64,000 nt of DNA from positions 42,386-106,385 of the forward strand of contig JBCDFZ010000011.1 in the NCBI GenBank assembly GCA_039177115.1, in the 5' to 3' direction. Below are positions 62,871 to 64,000 of the stretch, piece by piece. The number at the start of each line of letters is the position of its first letter. The stretch's first letter is position 1. Source of the stretch: Myxococcota bacterium. GTDB taxonomy: Bacteria; Myxococcota_A; Polyangia; Polyangiales; Houyiibacteriaceae. Both the position numbers and the translations under genes were made by a program. The notes under the pieces are model-generated. The model did no database searches, had not been told where the DNA came from, and saw only the letters and a list, made by a program, of their open reading frames with translations.

Positions 62871-64000
62871 TCAGCGAACCACGGGCGCGAGCAGATGCGA
62901 GTCGTACTCGCCGCCTGTGTAGATGGAGTGGGTGCCCTGGTTGACGTCGTCTGAATGATCGTGGGCAAGGGACGGATGCTCGAAGAGGTCCCGGCCCTGA
63001 ACGATCACCTGGAGCGACTCGCCCGCCCGGAAGAGCGTGCTGCTCGGCAGGATCTCGACCTCCACGGGGACGATTTCGTTCGGCGTGAGCGGCTGCGGGT
63101 TGTCGTGCGATAGCCACGGCTGCCACGGCGTGGAGCGCTCTTCATCGAGCGCGCGCTCCGAGACGCGGGGCCAGCCGAGCGCGGCAGGGGTCTCTGCAAA
63201 GCCGGCCTTGCCGTGGAAGTGAACCGGCTCCCCTTCGGCGTCGAGCTTCTCGATGCCGACGAAGAGGTCGATGTCGGTGCCTTCGGTCGTCGAGACCCAG
63301 AGCTTGAGCTTCATGTTTCCGGTGAGCTCGGTGTCTTCGTCGAACGTGATCGTGAATGTCGCGGATTCCGAGAGCGGGGCGTACTCCGCTTCCGCCTCGC
63401 TACCCGGGGCGTCTTCACTGAGCGTGCCGGAGTCGCCGTCGAGGTAGAGCGCCGTGTATTCGGTGCGCGCGACTGGCCACTCGTCCTCGTAGCGCACCTG
63501 ATGCTCATTGATGGTTTCCCGCACCTCGAGACGGACCGACCGCACGTCGTCCATGCCGTTGTCTTCGCCTTTCAGGAAATGGTCGAAGAACTGCTTCTGC
63601 GCGGCGATGGCTTCGTCGCTGTAGAAGACATCCCACTTCGCGCGGCCGTGGTTGAAGATCCACTTCTGGTCCGACGGGATCGTCTTGTAGGCTTCGAACG
63701 AGCCTCGCGTGTGGAGCCCGTGATCCGACCACGAGGCGCAAATCAACGCGGGGGCCGTGACCTGCTCCAGCCCAATGCCGAACGTGGGTAGGAAGGGGAG
63801 CAGTCTCGGCATGTCGGGGTGGAGGCTCAGCAGAAGGTCGGCCGGAAGAGGCGGCGTGTTGGCGAGCCCGTTTACGCGATTGATCCAGAAGTCGACGAAC
63901 GCGGTTTCGGGGACGCCGCCGTGGTAGAGCACCTCACGCACGGCGTCGGTCTGCCCTTCCCACGGTGCAATCGCTTTCAGGCTCGGCGGGTTTGTGGTTG
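62871..64000 (-). CDS. CocE/NonD-family hydrolase (5' end outside window)
   Basis: The reading frame stays open upstream of the listed GTG (..LKAIAPWEGQTDAVREVLYHGG). It carries a C-terminal beta-sandwich-like domain. Confidence 0.7.
   Translation of the reverse strand, partial: TTNPPSLKAIAPWEGQTDAVREVLYHGGVPETAFVDFWINRVNGLANTPPLPADLLLSLHPDMPRLLPFLPTFGIGLEQVTAPALICASWSDHGLHTRGSFEAYKTIPSDQKWIFNHGRAKWDVFYSDEAIAAQKQFFDHFLKGEDNGMDDVRSVRLEVRETINEHQVRYEDEWPVARTEYTALYLDGDSGTLSEDAPGSEAEAEYAPLSESATFTITFDEDTELTGNMKLKLWVSTTEGTDIDLFVGIEKLDAEGEPVHFHGKAGFAETPAALGWPRVSERALDEERSTPWQPWLSHDNPQPLTPNEIVPVEVEILPSSTLFRAGESLQVIVQGRDLFEHPSLAHDHSDDVNQGTHSIYTGGEYDSHLLAPVVR

Noticed and set aside
1-64000. Search for CRISPR arrays, IS elements or transposases, integrases, tRNA or rRNA genes, and defence-system hallmarks
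   Set aside because: None was recognised in any frame or intergenic region. The only nuclease-type genes are a secreted SNase and a DUF429-like protein, and neither sits in a defence-island context.

Overview
High-GC bacterial chromosomal segment. Cys-rich and Gly-rich lipoproteins and the gene content suggest Myxococcota or a related delta-proteobacterial lineage, but that is inference only. I support about 62 protein-coding genes, three cobalamin riboswitches and eight copies of one operator-like palindrome. I saw no rRNA, tRNA, CRISPR array or mobile element.

Main blocks:
- 1-8.6 kb: a TetR/P450 cluster with two epoxide-hydrolase-type hydrolases, a sulfotransferase and two paralogous DUF1214-like genes.
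- 10.6-20.6 kb: a zinc-starvation-type block containing ZigA-like COG0523 GTPase, Zur-like regulator, sulfatase-like lipoprotein, folE2-sufS-sufE and hisI-lgt-phoX-like.
- 20.7-34.2 kb: a corrinoid uptake/salvage locus split into three transcription units, each behind its own B12 riboswitch. Unit 1 is an exported CobN/HmuS-like chelatase with ExbB-like and DUF2149-like genes. Unit 2 is a TonB-dependent receptor. Unit 3 is an unknown lipoprotein, a cobU remnant, and cbiB-cobD-cobQ-cobO.
- 34.2-46.7 kb: a second metal block containing a second Fur-family regulator, a DsrE-like protein, two MerC-like membrane proteins, a metallophosphoesterase/FeoB-like pair, a PyrC-like/MBL pair, SlyD, an SDR, an FAD oxidoreductase and a CDF exporter.
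- 46.7-64 kb: assorted genes, including a penicillin-acylase family protein, a kinase-like protein, an HExxH protein, a Cys-rich lipoprotein, tandem ArsA-like ATPases, DUF3604, nei and a 2OG oxygenase.

Most interesting signals:
- The 15-bp palindrome TGCAA-N5-TTGCA recurs in seven promoter regions (eight copies). It ties blocks 2 and 4 into one putative Zur-type regulon.
- The regulon includes HisI and PyrC paralogs that each carry a substitution at a zinc-ligand position.
- A periplasm-directed CobN-like chelatase module sits under a B12 riboswitch.

All functional calls come from motif and family recognition by eye. No database search was run, and start codons are often uncertain.
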